64,000 nt of DNA from Candidatus Omnitrophota bacterium (lineage in GTDB: Bacteria; Omnitrophota; Gorgyraeia; B26-G9), in assembly GCA_043814605.1 (NCBI GenBank), contig JBDRJV010000005.1, positions 11,453 to 75,452 of the forward strand, given 5' to 3'. The number at the start of each line of letters is the position of its first letter. The first letter of the stretch is position 1. Position numbers and translations under genes: made by a program. Positions 1 to 10,466 of this stretch are shown in pieces. Under the pieces are notes generated by a model. The model was given only the letters and a program-made list of their open reading frames with translations. It was not told the DNA's origin and did not search any database.

Positions 1-1
1 A

Positions 2-1195
2 CGGAACGGATTTAAGGAATTACAGAAAAATTCAAGTTATTTTATTATTAACGGATGTGTGGTAACAGCGAAAGCACAAAAAAAATGCCACTCTTTAATA
101 AAATCATTGCACCAAAAGAATCCTCAATCGCAAATTATAATTACGGGCTGTTATGCTTACAATTTAGGACAAGAAAGATTTGGGCAGCCGATGCATTCAG
201 ACTGGCTCAGAGTTATTCCTCCAGATAAAAAAATAAGGATAGCGGAAATATTATTGAAAAATAAAAGTATTAATTTAGAAAAAGAATTTGATCAGCGAAT
301 AACAGATTTTAGTCAGCACGTGCGTGCTTTTGTGAAAATTCAAGATGGCTGCGACAATTTTTGTGCTTATTGCATCGTTCCGTATATTCGGGGTAAATCT
401 CAGAGTAAAAAAGAGGAAATTATTCTGCAGGAAATAGACGATTTAACACATAAAGGATTTAAAGAAATTGTGTTAACAGGGATAAATCTCGGGATGTGGG
501 GGAAGGATTTTAAACCCGCAAAAGAATTAGCCGATCTTATTGAAAAAATAAATGTAATGGATGTATTTTTTCGATTACGGTTAAGTTCTATTGAATTGCA
601 ATGTATTAGTAACCGTTTAATTGATCAATTTACTAAAGCAAAAACTAAGTTATGTGCACATTTACATATTCCTTTACAAAGTGGAGATACTGAAGTTTTA
701 AAAAATATGAACCGGAAATATACAGGGGATAAGTTCATAAAAAAAATTCAAGAAATTAAAAAACAAATTAAAGGAGTAGGGCTGACAACTGATGTTTTGG
801 TCGGATTTCCCGGGGAAACACAAACAGCGTTTGATCATACACAAGCGTTAATAAAAAAAGCGGAATTTTTAAGAGTTCATATTTTTCCTTTCAGTCTGCG
901 TCCTGGCACAAAAGCGGCGATTAGTCCTAATCAAATTGAATCCCCGGTAAAAAATTTAAGAAAAAAAATGATAAAAAAAATGGCGCAGAAAGTGAGTTTT
1001 AATTTTAGAAAAAAAATACAGGAACAGACAGTGGAGGTGCTTTTTGAAAAAAAAGAAAAAGGGGATTGGGTGGGCTACTGTCGTGAATACATAAAAATTA
1101 GAGTAAAGTCTGGAAAAAATCTTAAAAATGTACTGGAAAATGTAAAAATAACTCAAGTTACTTCAACTCAGACTAAAGGTGAGCTCGTAGACTAA
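2..1195 (+). CDS. mtaB: tRNA methylthiotransferase MtaB (radical SAM), 5'-truncated by window edge
   Basis: Frame open from base 2 (RNGFKEL..IINGCVVT); KIQDGCDNFCAYC motif, EIVLTGINLG, HLHIPLQSGD, C-terminal TRAM-like region. Confidence 0.85.
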   Translation, partial: RNGFKELQKNSSYFIINGCVVTAKAQKKCHSLIKSLHQKNPQSQIIITGCYAYNLGQERFGQPMHSDWLRVIPPDKKIRIAEILLKNKSINLEKEFDQRITDFSQHVRAFVKIQDGCDNFCAYCIVPYIRGKSQSKKEEIILQEIDDLTHKGFKEIVLTGINLGMWGKDFKPAKELADLIEKINVMDVFFRLRLSSIELQCISNRLIDQFTKAKTKLCAHLHIPLQSGDTEVLKNMNRKYTGDKFIKKIQEIKKQIKGVGLTTDVLVGFPGETQTAFDHTQALIKKAEFLRVHIFPFSLRPGTKAAISPNQIESPVKNLRKKMIKKMAQKVSFNFRKKIQEQTVEVLFEKKEKGDWVGYCREYIKIRVKSGKNLKNVLENVKITQVTSTQTKGELVD

Positions 1196-1265
1196 AAAAT
1201 ATATGGGCAATATTAATATTATAATTATTTTATTATATTTTTTTAGCATTACATTCAAATATCCC

Positions 1266-1294
1266 TTGATTTTAATTTTTATGTATGTTAAAAT
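1266..1294 (+). promoter_or_regulatory. sigma70-type promoter for pil operon
   Basis: TTGATT-17 nt-TAAAAT with extended -10 TG. Confidence 0.55.
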
Positions 1295-1339
1295 ATAATA
1301 AATTGTGGGCTAATTTTTGAACAAGGCAATAACTATATT

Positions 1340-2380
1340 ATGTTGAAATTAAAAGAGTTATTTTCAAAATCTTCTAAAGTAAAAACTAATCTTTCAGTTG
1401 GCCTTGATATTGGGAATTCCAGTATTAAAGTTGTCCAGTTGCGTACAATCCCTAGCACCCAAGAAAAAGAATTAATAAAATTCGATATTTGCCCTTTTAA
1501 ATCTCGCGATAAAAAAGGGATTACTGATGCTATTAAAAGTTCTTTTGGTTGTGCCCAGATTACAACTAATATTGTGCAGACATCCGTTTCTGGCCAATCG
1601 GTTATTGTGCGTTATATTCAAATGCCGCGAATGTCAAAAGTAGAATTAGCAAATGCTTTAAAGTTAGGTTTAGGTAAATATATTCCTTTTAATGTAAATG
1701 AAGTAAATTATGATTTTCAGATTCTCGATACCGCGAATAAAGCAGATAAAATGATGCGGGTTCTATTAGTTGCAGTTAAAAAAGAAGTTGTACAGGAGAG
1801 AATTGATGTTTTGAAAGAAGCAGGCTTAATTCCGATTGTTATTGATGTAGATTCATTTGCAATTGTCAATTCTTTTCAATTGGTATCCCAGGAAAACAAA
1901 GGAATTATTGCGGTTTTAGATATTGGGGCTGATGTTACCAGTACAACGATTTTAGTGGATAATATTCCGCATTTTAACCGGGATGTGCTGATCGGAGGTA
2001 ATCATTTAACAAAAGCAATTATTCAAGAGTATGATATGAGTATCCAAGAAGCAGATGATTTAAAACACAATCCGCAAACTCGATATGGAGATCTGATCGC
2101 AGCAATTCGTCCGGTTTTAGATTTATTGGCTAATGAAATGCATTTATCATTTAATTATTGTGAAAGTCAATTAGGCGGTTCAGTGAGAAAGATTTTTCTT
2201 ACCGGAGGAACGGCAAAGTTTAAGGGGATAGACAAGGTTTTAAACAGTATTTTAGGGGTAGATGTTGAAATATGGGATCCTACGCGAATTTTAAAAATTA
2301 ATGAAGCATTGCCTAAAGATCGCTTAATGGATGTTGGCCCGTTATTAACAGTAGCCGTAGGATTAGCTTTAAGAGGTTAG
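1340..2380 (+). CDS. pilM: type IV pilus assembly protein PilM
   Basis: Actin-like VGLDIGNSSIK, VLDIGAD, LTGGTA motifs; first gene of pilMNOPQ order. Confidence 0.9.
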   Translation: MLKLKELFSKSSKVKTNLSVGLDIGNSSIKVVQLRTIPSTQEKELIKFDICPFKSRDKKGITDAIKSSFGCAQITTNIVQTSVSGQSVIVRYIQMPRMSKVELANALKLGLGKYIPFNVNEVNYDFQILDTANKADKMMRVLLVAVKKEVVQERIDVLKEAGLIPIVIDVDSFAIVNSFQLVSQENKGIIAVLDIGADVTSTTILVDNIPHFNRDVLIGGNHLTKAIIQEYDMSIQEADDLKHNPQTRYGDLIAAIRPVLDLLANEMHLSFNYCESQLGGSVRKIFLTGGTAKFKGIDKVLNSILGVDVEIWDPTRILKINEALPKDRLMDVGPLLTVAVGLALRG

Positions 2381-2383
2381 AAA

Positions 2384-3007
2384 ATGATTGAAATTAATTT
2401 ATTGCCAGATGAATTTAAAGTACAACCTGATTCCGCAAAAACACAAAAAATCCCGGTTACTTTAATTTTATTGTGTGCAAATGCAGTTTTAATCGCGATT
2501 TTAATTATTGTTACAGGCATAAATTTAAGCCGTAAAGTTACATTGCATTCTTTAAATAAACGGTTAAAAGACTTAGCTTCTCAACAACAGCAGATTAGTA
2601 CTTTGCAGCAAAAAACAACTAATTTTAAAAATACAAATTCTCTTTTTCAGCCGTTTACTAAAAATAGGTTTTTATGGGCAAAGAAATTAAATAAATTGAG
2701 TGATTTGGTTGTGCCGGGGATTTGGTTGAGAGAATTAGCCTGGGATAAACAATTTGGCAGCAGCAGTAATACTCCTGCACCGGTAATTATTAGCCAGTAT
2801 TTAAAAATTGATGCTACAGTTGTGCCGCTTTCACATGATGAAATGTCAATTGTCGGAGAATTTATCCGTAACTTAAAGAAAGATAAAACTTTTTTTGATG
2901 ATTTTAAAGAAATAAAACTCGAAGGAGTCTTACGCAGAAAAATCTCTAATGTAGAGGTTGTTGATTTTACAATAATCTGCCAGTTTAAACCAGAGGTTGT
3001 GCTTTAA
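2384..3007 (+). CDS. pilN: type IV pilus assembly protein PilN
   Basis: N-terminal INLLP motif, one TM helix, coiled coil, PGIWL. Confidence 0.85.
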   Translation: MIEINLLPDEFKVQPDSAKTQKIPVTLILLCANAVLIAILIIVTGINLSRKVTLHSLNKRLKDLASQQQQISTLQQKTTNFKNTNSLFQPFTKNRFLWAKKLNKLSDLVVPGIWLRELAWDKQFGSSSNTPAPVIISQYLKIDATVVPLSHDEMSIVGEFIRNLKKDKTFFDDFKEIKLEGVLRRKISNVEVVDFTIICQFKPEVVL

Positions 3008-3013
3008 AGGATC

Positions 3014-3595
3014 ATGAAAGATAAAATTTTAGCTTTACTAAAAAAAACTAAAATATCGATTTTACAGATTGCCTTAGGTGTAGGAGCTGTATTATGCATT
3101 GTTATAACTTTGCCTCAGTTATTTAATGTTGGTAAGGTGATTTCCGAAGTTAATGATAAGAAAAGGATTCTTAATGAGTTAGATAGGAATATTAAAAATC
3201 TTGAAAATTCAAAAAAAGAATTAGAAATTTTAGAAAAGGAATATAAAGATTTTATAGCTAGGTTGCCCGCACAAAGAGAATTTTCAATTTTTCTGGAATT
3301 ACTTTCGCGGTTAGCAAAAAAAAATGGAGTTAAGATTATTGCGATGGAACCGCAAACCGTAATTGAATCGCCGAATTTATTTTTTCTTAAAATTCCTATT
3401 TATATTGATGCCAGCTGCAGTTATCATGAGTTAGCCAGATTTATAAATGAACTCGAATACAGTAATAATCTTATTAAAGTCGAGGATATAAAAATTTCCT
3501 CAGAAGAATCGGACGAAATTTTACAACATCAAGTTTTTTTGAATGTACATGCATTTTGCTTAAAAGATGAAATATATGAAAAACTTATTTTTTAG
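3014..3595 (+). CDS. pilO: type IV pilus assembly protein PilO
   Basis: TM helix, coiled coil, LP motif, SYHELARFINELE; position after pilN. Confidence 0.85.
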   Translation: MKDKILALLKKTKISILQIALGVGAVLCIVITLPQLFNVGKVISEVNDKKRILNELDRNIKNLENSKKELEILEKEYKDFIARLPAQREFSIFLELLSRLAKKNGVKIIAMEPQTVIESPNLFFLKIPIYIDASCSYHELARFINELEYSNNLIKVEDIKISSEESDEILQHQVFLNVHAFCLKDEIYEKLIF

Positions 3596-3947
3596 TTTTT
3601 TTACAATCACAATTTTTTTAAGTACTATATCCTTGGCGGAGACGGATGCACCAGAGGAGCGTTTTATTTATGATGACCATCAAAAACGGGATCCTTTTGG
3701 GACATTGGTGACCCGTGAGGGCAGGATTCTACCGGGAGCAAAAACTGAGGAACAGCAGGAGAATATTGAGTTAGAAGGTATTATGTGGGATGCACAAGGG
3801 AGGTCTTTGGCGATTCTTAATAAAAAGTTAGTAAAGGAAGGGGAGCGAGTTTTTAATTTTCAGATTTTGAAGATTAAAAAAGATAGTGTGATTTTGCAAA
3901 AAGAGGGTAAAGTTAAAATAATTAATTTAAAAAAGGAGGGGGAATAG
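3576..3947 (+). CDS. pilP: PilP-like pilus assembly protein
   Basis: Signal peptide, RDPF motif, LEGIMWD..AILN beta domain; between pilO and pilQ; start at second Met assumed. Confidence 0.7.
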   Translation: MKNLFFSFFTITIFLSTISLAETDAPEERFIYDDHQKRDPFGTLVTREGRILPGAKTEEQQENIELEGIMWDAQGRSLAILNKKLVKEGERVFNFQILKIKKDSVILQKEGKVKIINLKKEGE

Positions 3948-5687
3948 ATGAAGAATTTGGGGAAAAATTTAGTTTTTCGGGTAAAAATAGGAGTGGCCAT
4001 AGCAGTATTATTTCTGGCGGTAGCGACATTTTTAGCGGCAAATAGTTTGAATGAAATTAATGTTAAGGATGCAAAAGAAGGGAATATTGATGTTGAATTT
4101 AAAGATGCGGATATTCAAGATGTATTTCGAGTGTTAGCGTTAAAGGGTAATGTGAGTATTGTTGCAGATCCTGAGGTAAAAGGATTAGTTACAGTACAGA
4201 TTTCGGATGTGCCTTGGGAAAAAGCTTTGGATGTAATTTGCCGTACATATGGGTATGCTTATGAACGTGAAAATAATATTATTCGGGTAACAACTTTAGA
4301 TAAGCTAGGACAGGAAAATTTAGTAACAGAAGTGTTTACTTTAAATTATGCAAAAGCGGCAGATGTGGCTGCTTCGGTTGAGGAAATGAAGTCAGAGCGG
4401 GGTAAAATCAAATCTGATTCTCGGGCAAATTTAATAATTGTTACGGATATCCCGACAAATATTTATAAAATCGGAAAGGTTATTAAGCGTTTGGATGCAA
4501 TGACTCCGCAAGTTACCATAGAAGCTAAAGTCATTGAAACAACAGTTTCTAATCTGGAAGATATTGGTTTTAAATGGAACGCTTCCTATACAGCGAACAT
4601 GGCATCGCGTCCGACAACTTTTCCTTGGCCGGCAAATAATATTGGGACTCAATATAACAATTTTCTTCCTAAAGGAAAAACTGCTGCTGATTTCCCTACG
4701 CTTAGTCAGCCGGCGATGCCTTTGGCCTCTGCTTCTGATTTTTCATTTGGGATTTTGGATGGGTCTAGCTTTAGCTTATTACTAGAAGCAATCCAAACAA
4801 AAGGCAAAACAAAAATATTATCTAATCCACGGATTACCACTTTAGATAATGAACCCGCAGAAATTCATGTAGGAACTGATTGGCCGGTTGCGAGTTATTC
4901 ATTTAGTGAAGAAAGTAATCGTTTTGTGATCAGCGGCTGGGAATATAAAAGTTATGGAATTCTTCTGAAAGTCACCCCAACAATCAATCAAAATGGTTTT
5001 GTTACATTAAAATTGCATCCGGAAATTAGTGATAAACAGGAAGAAATTGAATTTGAAGGGGCGCGGGTTCCGGTTTTAACAACTCAATCTGCAGATGCAA
5101 CGGTAATGATTAGAGATGGACAGACTTTAGTTATTGGCGGCTTAATCAAAGATAAAAATGTAGTAACAAAAACAAAAGTTCCATTTTTAGGAGATATTCC
5201 TTTTTTAGGGTTATTGTTTACCCATAAATCTGAAGAAATTGTGCGTAATGATTTGCTGATATTTATTACGCCGCATATTATTACCGAACAAAAGTTAGAA
5301 AAGCGCCAGAAAATATCACGTATTTTAGATGAGTCGGTAACGTCAAATATTAGTGAGATTGCAGATATTGATACTGAATCTATTGATCAAGCAATGGCCG
5401 ATGCAGAAAAAGCAGTTGTCAGTGATGACGATGAGGAACTAACCGAAAATACAGATGAGGATCAGTTAGTTACGGATGATGATTTTGATGCTGTACAGAT
5501 AATAGAGGAGATAACCGAGGATACAGATTTAGATTTTCCGGAAGTACCGGAGGCTCCGGAAATTGAGGAAAAGGCTGAAAATAAACCAAAAGTACAGGCT
5601 CCGGATATAGTAAAAGAGGCGCCTTCGTTACCAGTACAGGAAGAAACGGTTAAAGAAAATAAAGGATTCTTTTTTAAACGTAAATAG
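3948..5687 (+). CDS. pilQ: secretin PilQ without AMIN domains, with acidic C-terminal tail
   Basis: STN/N domains, QVTIEAKVIE, LSNPRITTLDN, KVPFLGDIPFLG, LLIFITPHI. Confidence 0.9.
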   Translation: MKNLGKNLVFRVKIGVAIAVLFLAVATFLAANSLNEINVKDAKEGNIDVEFKDADIQDVFRVLALKGNVSIVADPEVKGLVTVQISDVPWEKALDVICRTYGYAYERENNIIRVTTLDKLGQENLVTEVFTLNYAKAADVAASVEEMKSERGKIKSDSRANLIIVTDIPTNIYKIGKVIKRLDAMTPQVTIEAKVIETTVSNLEDIGFKWNASYTANMASRPTTFPWPANNIGTQYNNFLPKGKTAADFPTLSQPAMPLASASDFSFGILDGSSFSLLLEAIQTKGKTKILSNPRITTLDNEPAEIHVGTDWPVASYSFSEESNRFVISGWEYKSYGILLKVTPTINQNGFVTLKLHPEISDKQEEIEFEGARVPVLTTQSADATVMIRDGQTLVIGGLIKDKNVVTKTKVPFLGDIPFLGLLFTHKSEEIVRNDLLIFITPHIITEQKLEKRQKISRILDESVTSNISEIADIDTESIDQAMADAEKAVVSDDDEELTENTDEDQLVTDDDFDAVQIIEEITEDTDLDFPEVPEAPEIEEKAENKPKVQAPDIVKEAPSLPVQEETVKENKGFFFKRK

Positions 5688-5712
5688 GTAAAAATTTCAT
5701 TGATGAATTTGA

Positions 5713-5786
5713 TTTAAATAAGGACAAAAACCAAAGGTCGGAATTGTGAAATTTTTAGGCCTTAGGTTTTTTGTCTTTTATTTAAA
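5713..5786. terminator. long imperfect inverted repeat, probable terminator of pil operon
   Basis: TTTAAATAAGGACAAAAACCAAAGGTC ... GGCCTTAGGTTTTTTGTCTTTTATTTAAA. Confidence 0.5.
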
Positions 5787-5792
5787 GGTTTT

Positions 5793-6101
5793 ATGGAATT
5801 AATAAAGTTAGTTACAAAAATACATAAACATGGTAAAATGCGTTACATTTCGCATTTGGATTTTATCCGGCTTATTTACCGGGCAATCAGACGTGCGGAT
5901 TTGCCGTTTGCCCTAACACTAGGATTTAACCCGCGGCCGAAGATTAAATTTGGGCAAGCATTAAAATTAGGGGTTGAGGCAGAAATTGATGTTACCTTTT
6001 TTTTAGAAAAAGAAATAGATAAAAATGAATTTAAAACGAAAATGCATAAACAGTTACATGAGGGAATAAGGATAGTTGAAATTAATTATGGAAAACAATG
6101 A
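5793..6101 (+). CDS. radical SAM-linked protein (DUF2344/TIGR03936-like), short form
   Basis: KMRYISHLDF..RAIRRADLP..GFNPRPKI motif; usual position upstream of rng. Confidence 0.8.
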   Translation: MELIKLVTKIHKHGKMRYISHLDFIRLIYRAIRRADLPFALTLGFNPRPKIKFGQALKLGVEAEIDVTFFLEKEIDKNEFKTKMHKQLHEGIRIVEINYGKQ

Positions 6102-7596
6102 AATATTAATAAGTGTTGACGAGAAAGAAAAAAGAGTTGCAATTTTAGAAAATAGAAAATTAGAAGAATTCTTTTTGGAGAGAACTAATAGTGATCATCT
6201 GGCAGGTAATATTTATAAAGGCAAGGTTGCCCAAGTTGTTAAGGGTATGGAAGCAGCTTTTGTGGATATTGGTTTAGGGAAAAATGGGTTTTTATATATC
6301 CAGGAGTTATTGCCGGAAACTTTAAAATTAGATGAGTATTCTGTAGAACCGGCGGATGATGCCCAAAAAAATGGGATAAAAAAAGAAAGACCAGATAAAG
6401 TATCCATAGATTCTTTACTGACTAAAGGCCAAGAAGTTTTAGTTCAGGTTGTTAAGGAGCCTTTTGGGACAAAAGGCTGCCGCTTGACGAGCCAGATAAG
6501 CTTACCCGGAAGATTTCTGGTAATTATGCCTTATAGTAAGAATATTGGAATTTCTAAGAAAATTACCAATGATAAAGAAAGACTGCGCTTAAAAAATTTA
6601 TTAAAAGAAATCGGCTTAACTAAAGATATGGGTTGTATTATTAGAACCCAAGCCCAGGGGATGGGGAGAAGGGAATTTGTGCGTGAGCTAAATTATTTAT
6701 TGAGGCTTTGGAAAATTATAAAAATTAAATCAGCGCGCCGGCAAGCCCCTTGCTTAATCCATGAAGAATTCGATTTAATTTTAAGAACTGCCCGCGATCT
6801 TTTTAATGATCAAATTAACCAGTTTGTGTTAGATCAAAAAGACGATTTTAAAAGAGTATTAGGATTTATAAAGACCTTGGCCCCACAATTAAGTAAAAAA
6901 CTAAAATTACATAAAGAAAAAATAGATTTATTTGAAAAATTTGATGTTGAGCCGCAAATTGAAGAAATTTTTCAAAAACAAATTTCCTTAAAAAAAGGCG
7001 GGTATCTAGTTATTGAACGTACAGAGGCTTTAATTTCCATTGATGTTAATAGCGGTAAATTTGTAAATCGAAGCAGGCTTGAAGAAACAGCTTTTTTAAC
7101 TAATTTTGAGGCAGCTAAGGAAATTGCCCGTCAGATTATCCTCAAGGATTTGGCAGGGATAATCGTGGTAGATTTTATTGATATGCAAAAAAACCAACAC
7201 CAGAAAAAAATTCTCCAGGTTTTGACAAAAGCAATGGAAAAAGATAAAGCGCGTTCGACAATTTACCCCTTTTCGCCTTTAGGCGTGGTCCAGATTGCTA
7301 GACAAAGAATCAGAAAAAATATTGAAACAATGATTTTTGAAACATGCCCGCATTGTCAAGGCAGGGGCAAAGTTAAATCTACTCAAACTATTGCAGTTAA
7401 AGTATTAAGAGAAATTAAAAAGTTTATATTAAAAAATAAAAAACGTTATCTTAAAGTTGCAGTTAACCCGCAAATTGCCATGCGGTTATTTAATGAAGAC
7501 CGGGTGGCAATTACTAATTTAGAAAAGCGGATGTGGGCAAGAATAGCCATTATTACCGATGAGCATTTAGGTATTGAAGATGTTAGATTTTTATGA
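6088..7596 (+). CDS. rng: ribonuclease G/E family
   Basis: GNIYKGKV S1 domain, IDVNSGK, IVVDFIDM, CPHCQGRG Zn link. Confidence 0.9.
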   Translation: MENNEILISVDEKEKRVAILENRKLEEFFLERTNSDHLAGNIYKGKVAQVVKGMEAAFVDIGLGKNGFLYIQELLPETLKLDEYSVEPADDAQKNGIKKERPDKVSIDSLLTKGQEVLVQVVKEPFGTKGCRLTSQISLPGRFLVIMPYSKNIGISKKITNDKERLRLKNLLKEIGLTKDMGCIIRTQAQGMGRREFVRELNYLLRLWKIIKIKSARRQAPCLIHEEFDLILRTARDLFNDQINQFVLDQKDDFKRVLGFIKTLAPQLSKKLKLHKEKIDLFEKFDVEPQIEEIFQKQISLKKGGYLVIERTEALISIDVNSGKFVNRSRLEETAFLTNFEAAKEIARQIILKDLAGIIVVDFIDMQKNQHQKKILQVLTKAMEKDKARSTIYPFSPLGVVQIARQRIRKNIETMIFETCPHCQGRGKVKSTQTIAVKVLREIKKFILKNKKRYLKVAVNPQIAMRLFNEDRVAITNLEKRMWARIAIITDEHLGIEDVRFL

Positions 7597-7694
7597 TACA
7601 ATACCTTTTTAATTATTTAATGGGAAATTTTCATTAGTTTTCATAAAAATTTGTAGAATTGAGAAGATTTTGAAAGTTATGAAGGAGGAATACT

Positions 7695-8009
7695 GTGTAC
7701 GCAATATTAGAACTGGGTGGTCGACAATATAAAGTCGCACAAAAAGATATTATCGAGGTAAATTATTTGGATAAACAAGCAAAAGAAACAATTACTTTAG
7801 ATAAAATTCTTTTAATTTCTGACGGGAAAAAGGTACAAATTGGCCAGCCCTATATAGAGGGGGCAACGGTTGAGGCGGAAGTAATCGCACAAATAAAAGC
7901 TCCGAAAGTAGTTATTTTTAAATATTTACGCCGAAAAGATTCACATAAGAAAACTGGTCACCGACAAAAATTAACAAAGCTTTTAATAAAGAAAATTAAT
8001 AATAAATAA
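7695..8009 (+). CDS. rplU: 50S ribosomal protein L21
   Basis: MYAILELGGRQYKV...GHRQ; GGAGG SD before GTG. Confidence 0.97.
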   Translation: MYAILELGGRQYKVAQKDIIEVNYLDKQAKETITLDKILLISDGKKVQIGQPYIEGATVEAEVIAQIKAPKVVIFKYLRRKDSHKKTGHRQKLTKLLIKKINNK

Positions 8010-8066
8010 ATCAATTTGTTCCGAGACACAATGTTTTAAAAGCAGTTTTTTTAAGGAGGTAATTTC

Positions 8067-8309
8067 ATGGCACATAAAAAAGGACAAGGTGCAAGCCGTA
8101 ACGGCAGAGATAGTAATTCCCAACGATTAGGGGTAAAACACTATGGCGGGGAAACAGTACGCGCCGGAGCGATAATAATTCGTCAATGCGGCTTGAAATT
8201 TAAGCCAGGAAAGAACGTGGGAATGGGCAGAGATTATACTTTATATTCACGCGTAGACGGTAAAGTTTGTTTTCCCAAACCTAAAATGGTTAGTGTTATT
8301 CCTAATTAA
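8067..8309 (+). CDS. rpmA: 50S ribosomal protein L27
   Basis: [16 protein letters not shown]. Confidence 0.97.
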   Translation: MAHKKGQGASRNGRDSNSQRLGVKHYGGETVRAGAIIIRQCGLKFKPGKNVGMGRDYTLYSRVDGKVCFPKPKMVSVIPN

Positions 8310-8346
8310 AAATAAAGTTAAATAGCGAAAGTTGAAAAATAAGGTC

Positions 8347-9315
8347 ATGTTTGTTGACCGAGCAAAAATTAATGTAAAAGCCGGAAATGGCGGAAATGGT
8401 TGCGAGAGTTTCTGTTTTAAAAAAGGTATGCGGCATCGTCACAGAGACGGTGGAGATGGAGGCAAAGGCGGCGATATTATCATCAAAAGTGATAATAATG
8501 TGCATACACTATTAGATTTTAAATATCGTCAACATTTTAAAGCAGACTCTGGTAAGCATGGAAGCAGTAATTTAAAAAGAGGCCGAGATGCTCAAGATTG
8601 TGTAATTTTGGTTCCCGCAGGCACAATCATTAGGGATATAGATACAGGATTTTTGATTCGTGATCTTAATCAGCCTCAAGAGCAAGTAGTTGTTTGTTAC
8701 GGCGGAGTTGGTGGTAAAGGTAATGCTAAACTTAGATCAGCAACTTTGGGATCGCTTGGTCAGGAACTAACGATAACACTTGAGCTTAAATTAATTGCGG
8801 ATGTCGGGCTAATCGGCTTTCCTAATGCCGGTAAATCTTCGTTCTTGAATGTAATTTCTAAAGCTAAATCTAAAGTTGCTCAATTTCCCTTCACAACTCT
8901 CAATCCGATTTTAGGGGTGGTTACATCTCCAGAAAATGAGAATCGTTTTGTAGTAGCAGATATTCCCGGATTAATTAAGGATGCACACCGGGGTAAAGGG
9001 CTGGGCATTCAATTTTTACGTCACATAGAAAGAACCAAACTTTTACTTTTTATAATTGATATGGCTGGTGTTGAAGGAAGAGATCCGGTAGAAGATTATT
9101 ATACTCTGTTAAAAGAAATCGAGTCTTTCGACCGAACATTACTAACCCGTCCATGCTTGCTGGTAGCGAATAAAAATGATCTTAAAGCGGCTGAGGAAAA
9201 TCTTAAACGTTTTAAATTAGAAGTAAAAAAGAAAATTTATAGTATATCTTGTGAAACTAATCAGGGGATCGGCAAATTAAAAGCAAGCTTATTTAAAAAA
9301 ATTTTCCCTGAATAA
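8347..9315 (+). CDS. obgE: GTPase Obg/CgtA
   Basis: MFVD start, Gly-rich domain, GFPNAGKS, FTTL, DIPG, NKND. Confidence 0.95.
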   Translation: MFVDRAKINVKAGNGGNGCESFCFKKGMRHRHRDGGDGGKGGDIIIKSDNNVHTLLDFKYRQHFKADSGKHGSSNLKRGRDAQDCVILVPAGTIIRDIDTGFLIRDLNQPQEQVVVCYGGVGGKGNAKLRSATLGSLGQELTITLELKLIADVGLIGFPNAGKSSFLNVISKAKSKVAQFPFTTLNPILGVVTSPENENRFVVADIPGLIKDAHRGKGLGIQFLRHIERTKLLLFIIDMAGVEGRDPVEDYYTLLKEIESFDRTLLTRPCLLVANKNDLKAAEENLKRFKLEVKKKIYSISCETNQGIGKLKASLFKKIFPE

Positions 9316-9350
9316 ATTTAATTTTAACTTTTTAAATTTATGAGGTAAAA

Positions 9351-10457
9351 ATGAGGATAGCTTTAAAAAAAGGGGCAAAAATAGTTGTAAAAATTGGATC
9401 CAGCTTATTAACAAATGAGTCCGGTCGATTGGATATGCAAAAACTGGAAACTATTACCAAACAAATGTGTAGCCTTAAAAATAACGGCTATCATATAATT
9501 CTGGTTTCCTCTGGAGCAATTGCTTGCGGCATGGAAAAACTGGGACTTGAAAATCGTCCGGTTACAGTAATTGCATCCAGCGGAACTGCAGCTGTCGGAC
9601 AAATAATTCTTATGGATAGTTATGGGAATTATTTTAGAAAAAATAATTTTTTAACAGCTCAAATTTTACTTACATCCGATGGATTACAGGATCGCAAAAG
9701 ATATCTTAATGCCCGCAATACAGTTTTACATCTTTTGGATAAAGGTAATATTGTTCCGATAATTAATGAAAATGATGCGGTTATTACGGATGAGATAAAA
9801 TTTGGTGATAATGATAAGTTATCCGCGCAAGTAGCGACATTAATTGATGCCCAGCTTTTAATTATTTTATCCGACATCGATGGTGTATACGATAAACAAG
9901 GAAAAGTTATTGAAACTATAGACGAAATTGATGATTGCCTGATTTCAGTGGTTAAAGATACTAAAGGTAAAACGACAGTGGGGGGAATGATCACAAAATT
10001 TGAAGCAGCTAAAATTGCTACTAATGCGGGTATTCCTTTAGTAATCGCCAATGGCAATGACCCTAAAATTTTAAATAAAATTATTAAAAATAATAAAGCA
10101 GGAACGATTTTTCTTCCCAAAGATGACAAAATCTCCGGTAAAAAACGCTGGATTGCTTTTAGCTGTAAAGATTGCGGTAAAATTATTATTGATCAGGGTG
10201 CAGCCCAGGCTGTATTGGAAAAAGGAAAAAGTTTATTAGCAATCGGGATTAAAGCGGTTGAAGGGGATTTTAGTTTCGGAGATTTAATTGTAATTTGCAA
10301 TGAGAATCATCAAGAAATTGCCCGCGGTTTAGTTAATTACAGCAGTGATGAGCTAAAAAAAATTAAAGGTATTAAGACCGATGAAATTGAAAATATTTTA
10401 AAATACAAATCCTATGATGAAGTTGTTCACCGGGATAATTTAGTTGTGATAAAATAG
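9351..10457 (+). CDS. proB: glutamate 5-kinase with PUA domain
   Basis: VVKIGSSLL, INENDAV, GDNDKLS, GGMITK. Confidence 0.95.
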   Translation: MRIALKKGAKIVVKIGSSLLTNESGRLDMQKLETITKQMCSLKNNGYHIILVSSGAIACGMEKLGLENRPVTVIASSGTAAVGQIILMDSYGNYFRKNNFLTAQILLTSDGLQDRKRYLNARNTVLHLLDKGNIVPIINENDAVITDEIKFGDNDKLSAQVATLIDAQLLIILSDIDGVYDKQGKVIETIDEIDDCLISVVKDTKGKTTVGGMITKFEAAKIATNAGIPLVIANGNDPKILNKIIKNNKAGTIFLPKDDKISGKKRWIAFSCKDCGKIIIDQGAAQAVLEKGKSLLAIGIKAVEGDFSFGDLIVICNENHQEIARGLVNYSSDELKKIKGIKTDEIENILKYKSYDEVVHRDNLVVIK

Positions 10458-10466
10458 GAGGCGAGA

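Noticed and set aside
9659-10129. 156-aa minus-strand ORF and the other short antisense or alternate-frame ORFs in the track
   Set aside because: They overlap well-supported genes and show no motifs; treated as shadow ORFs
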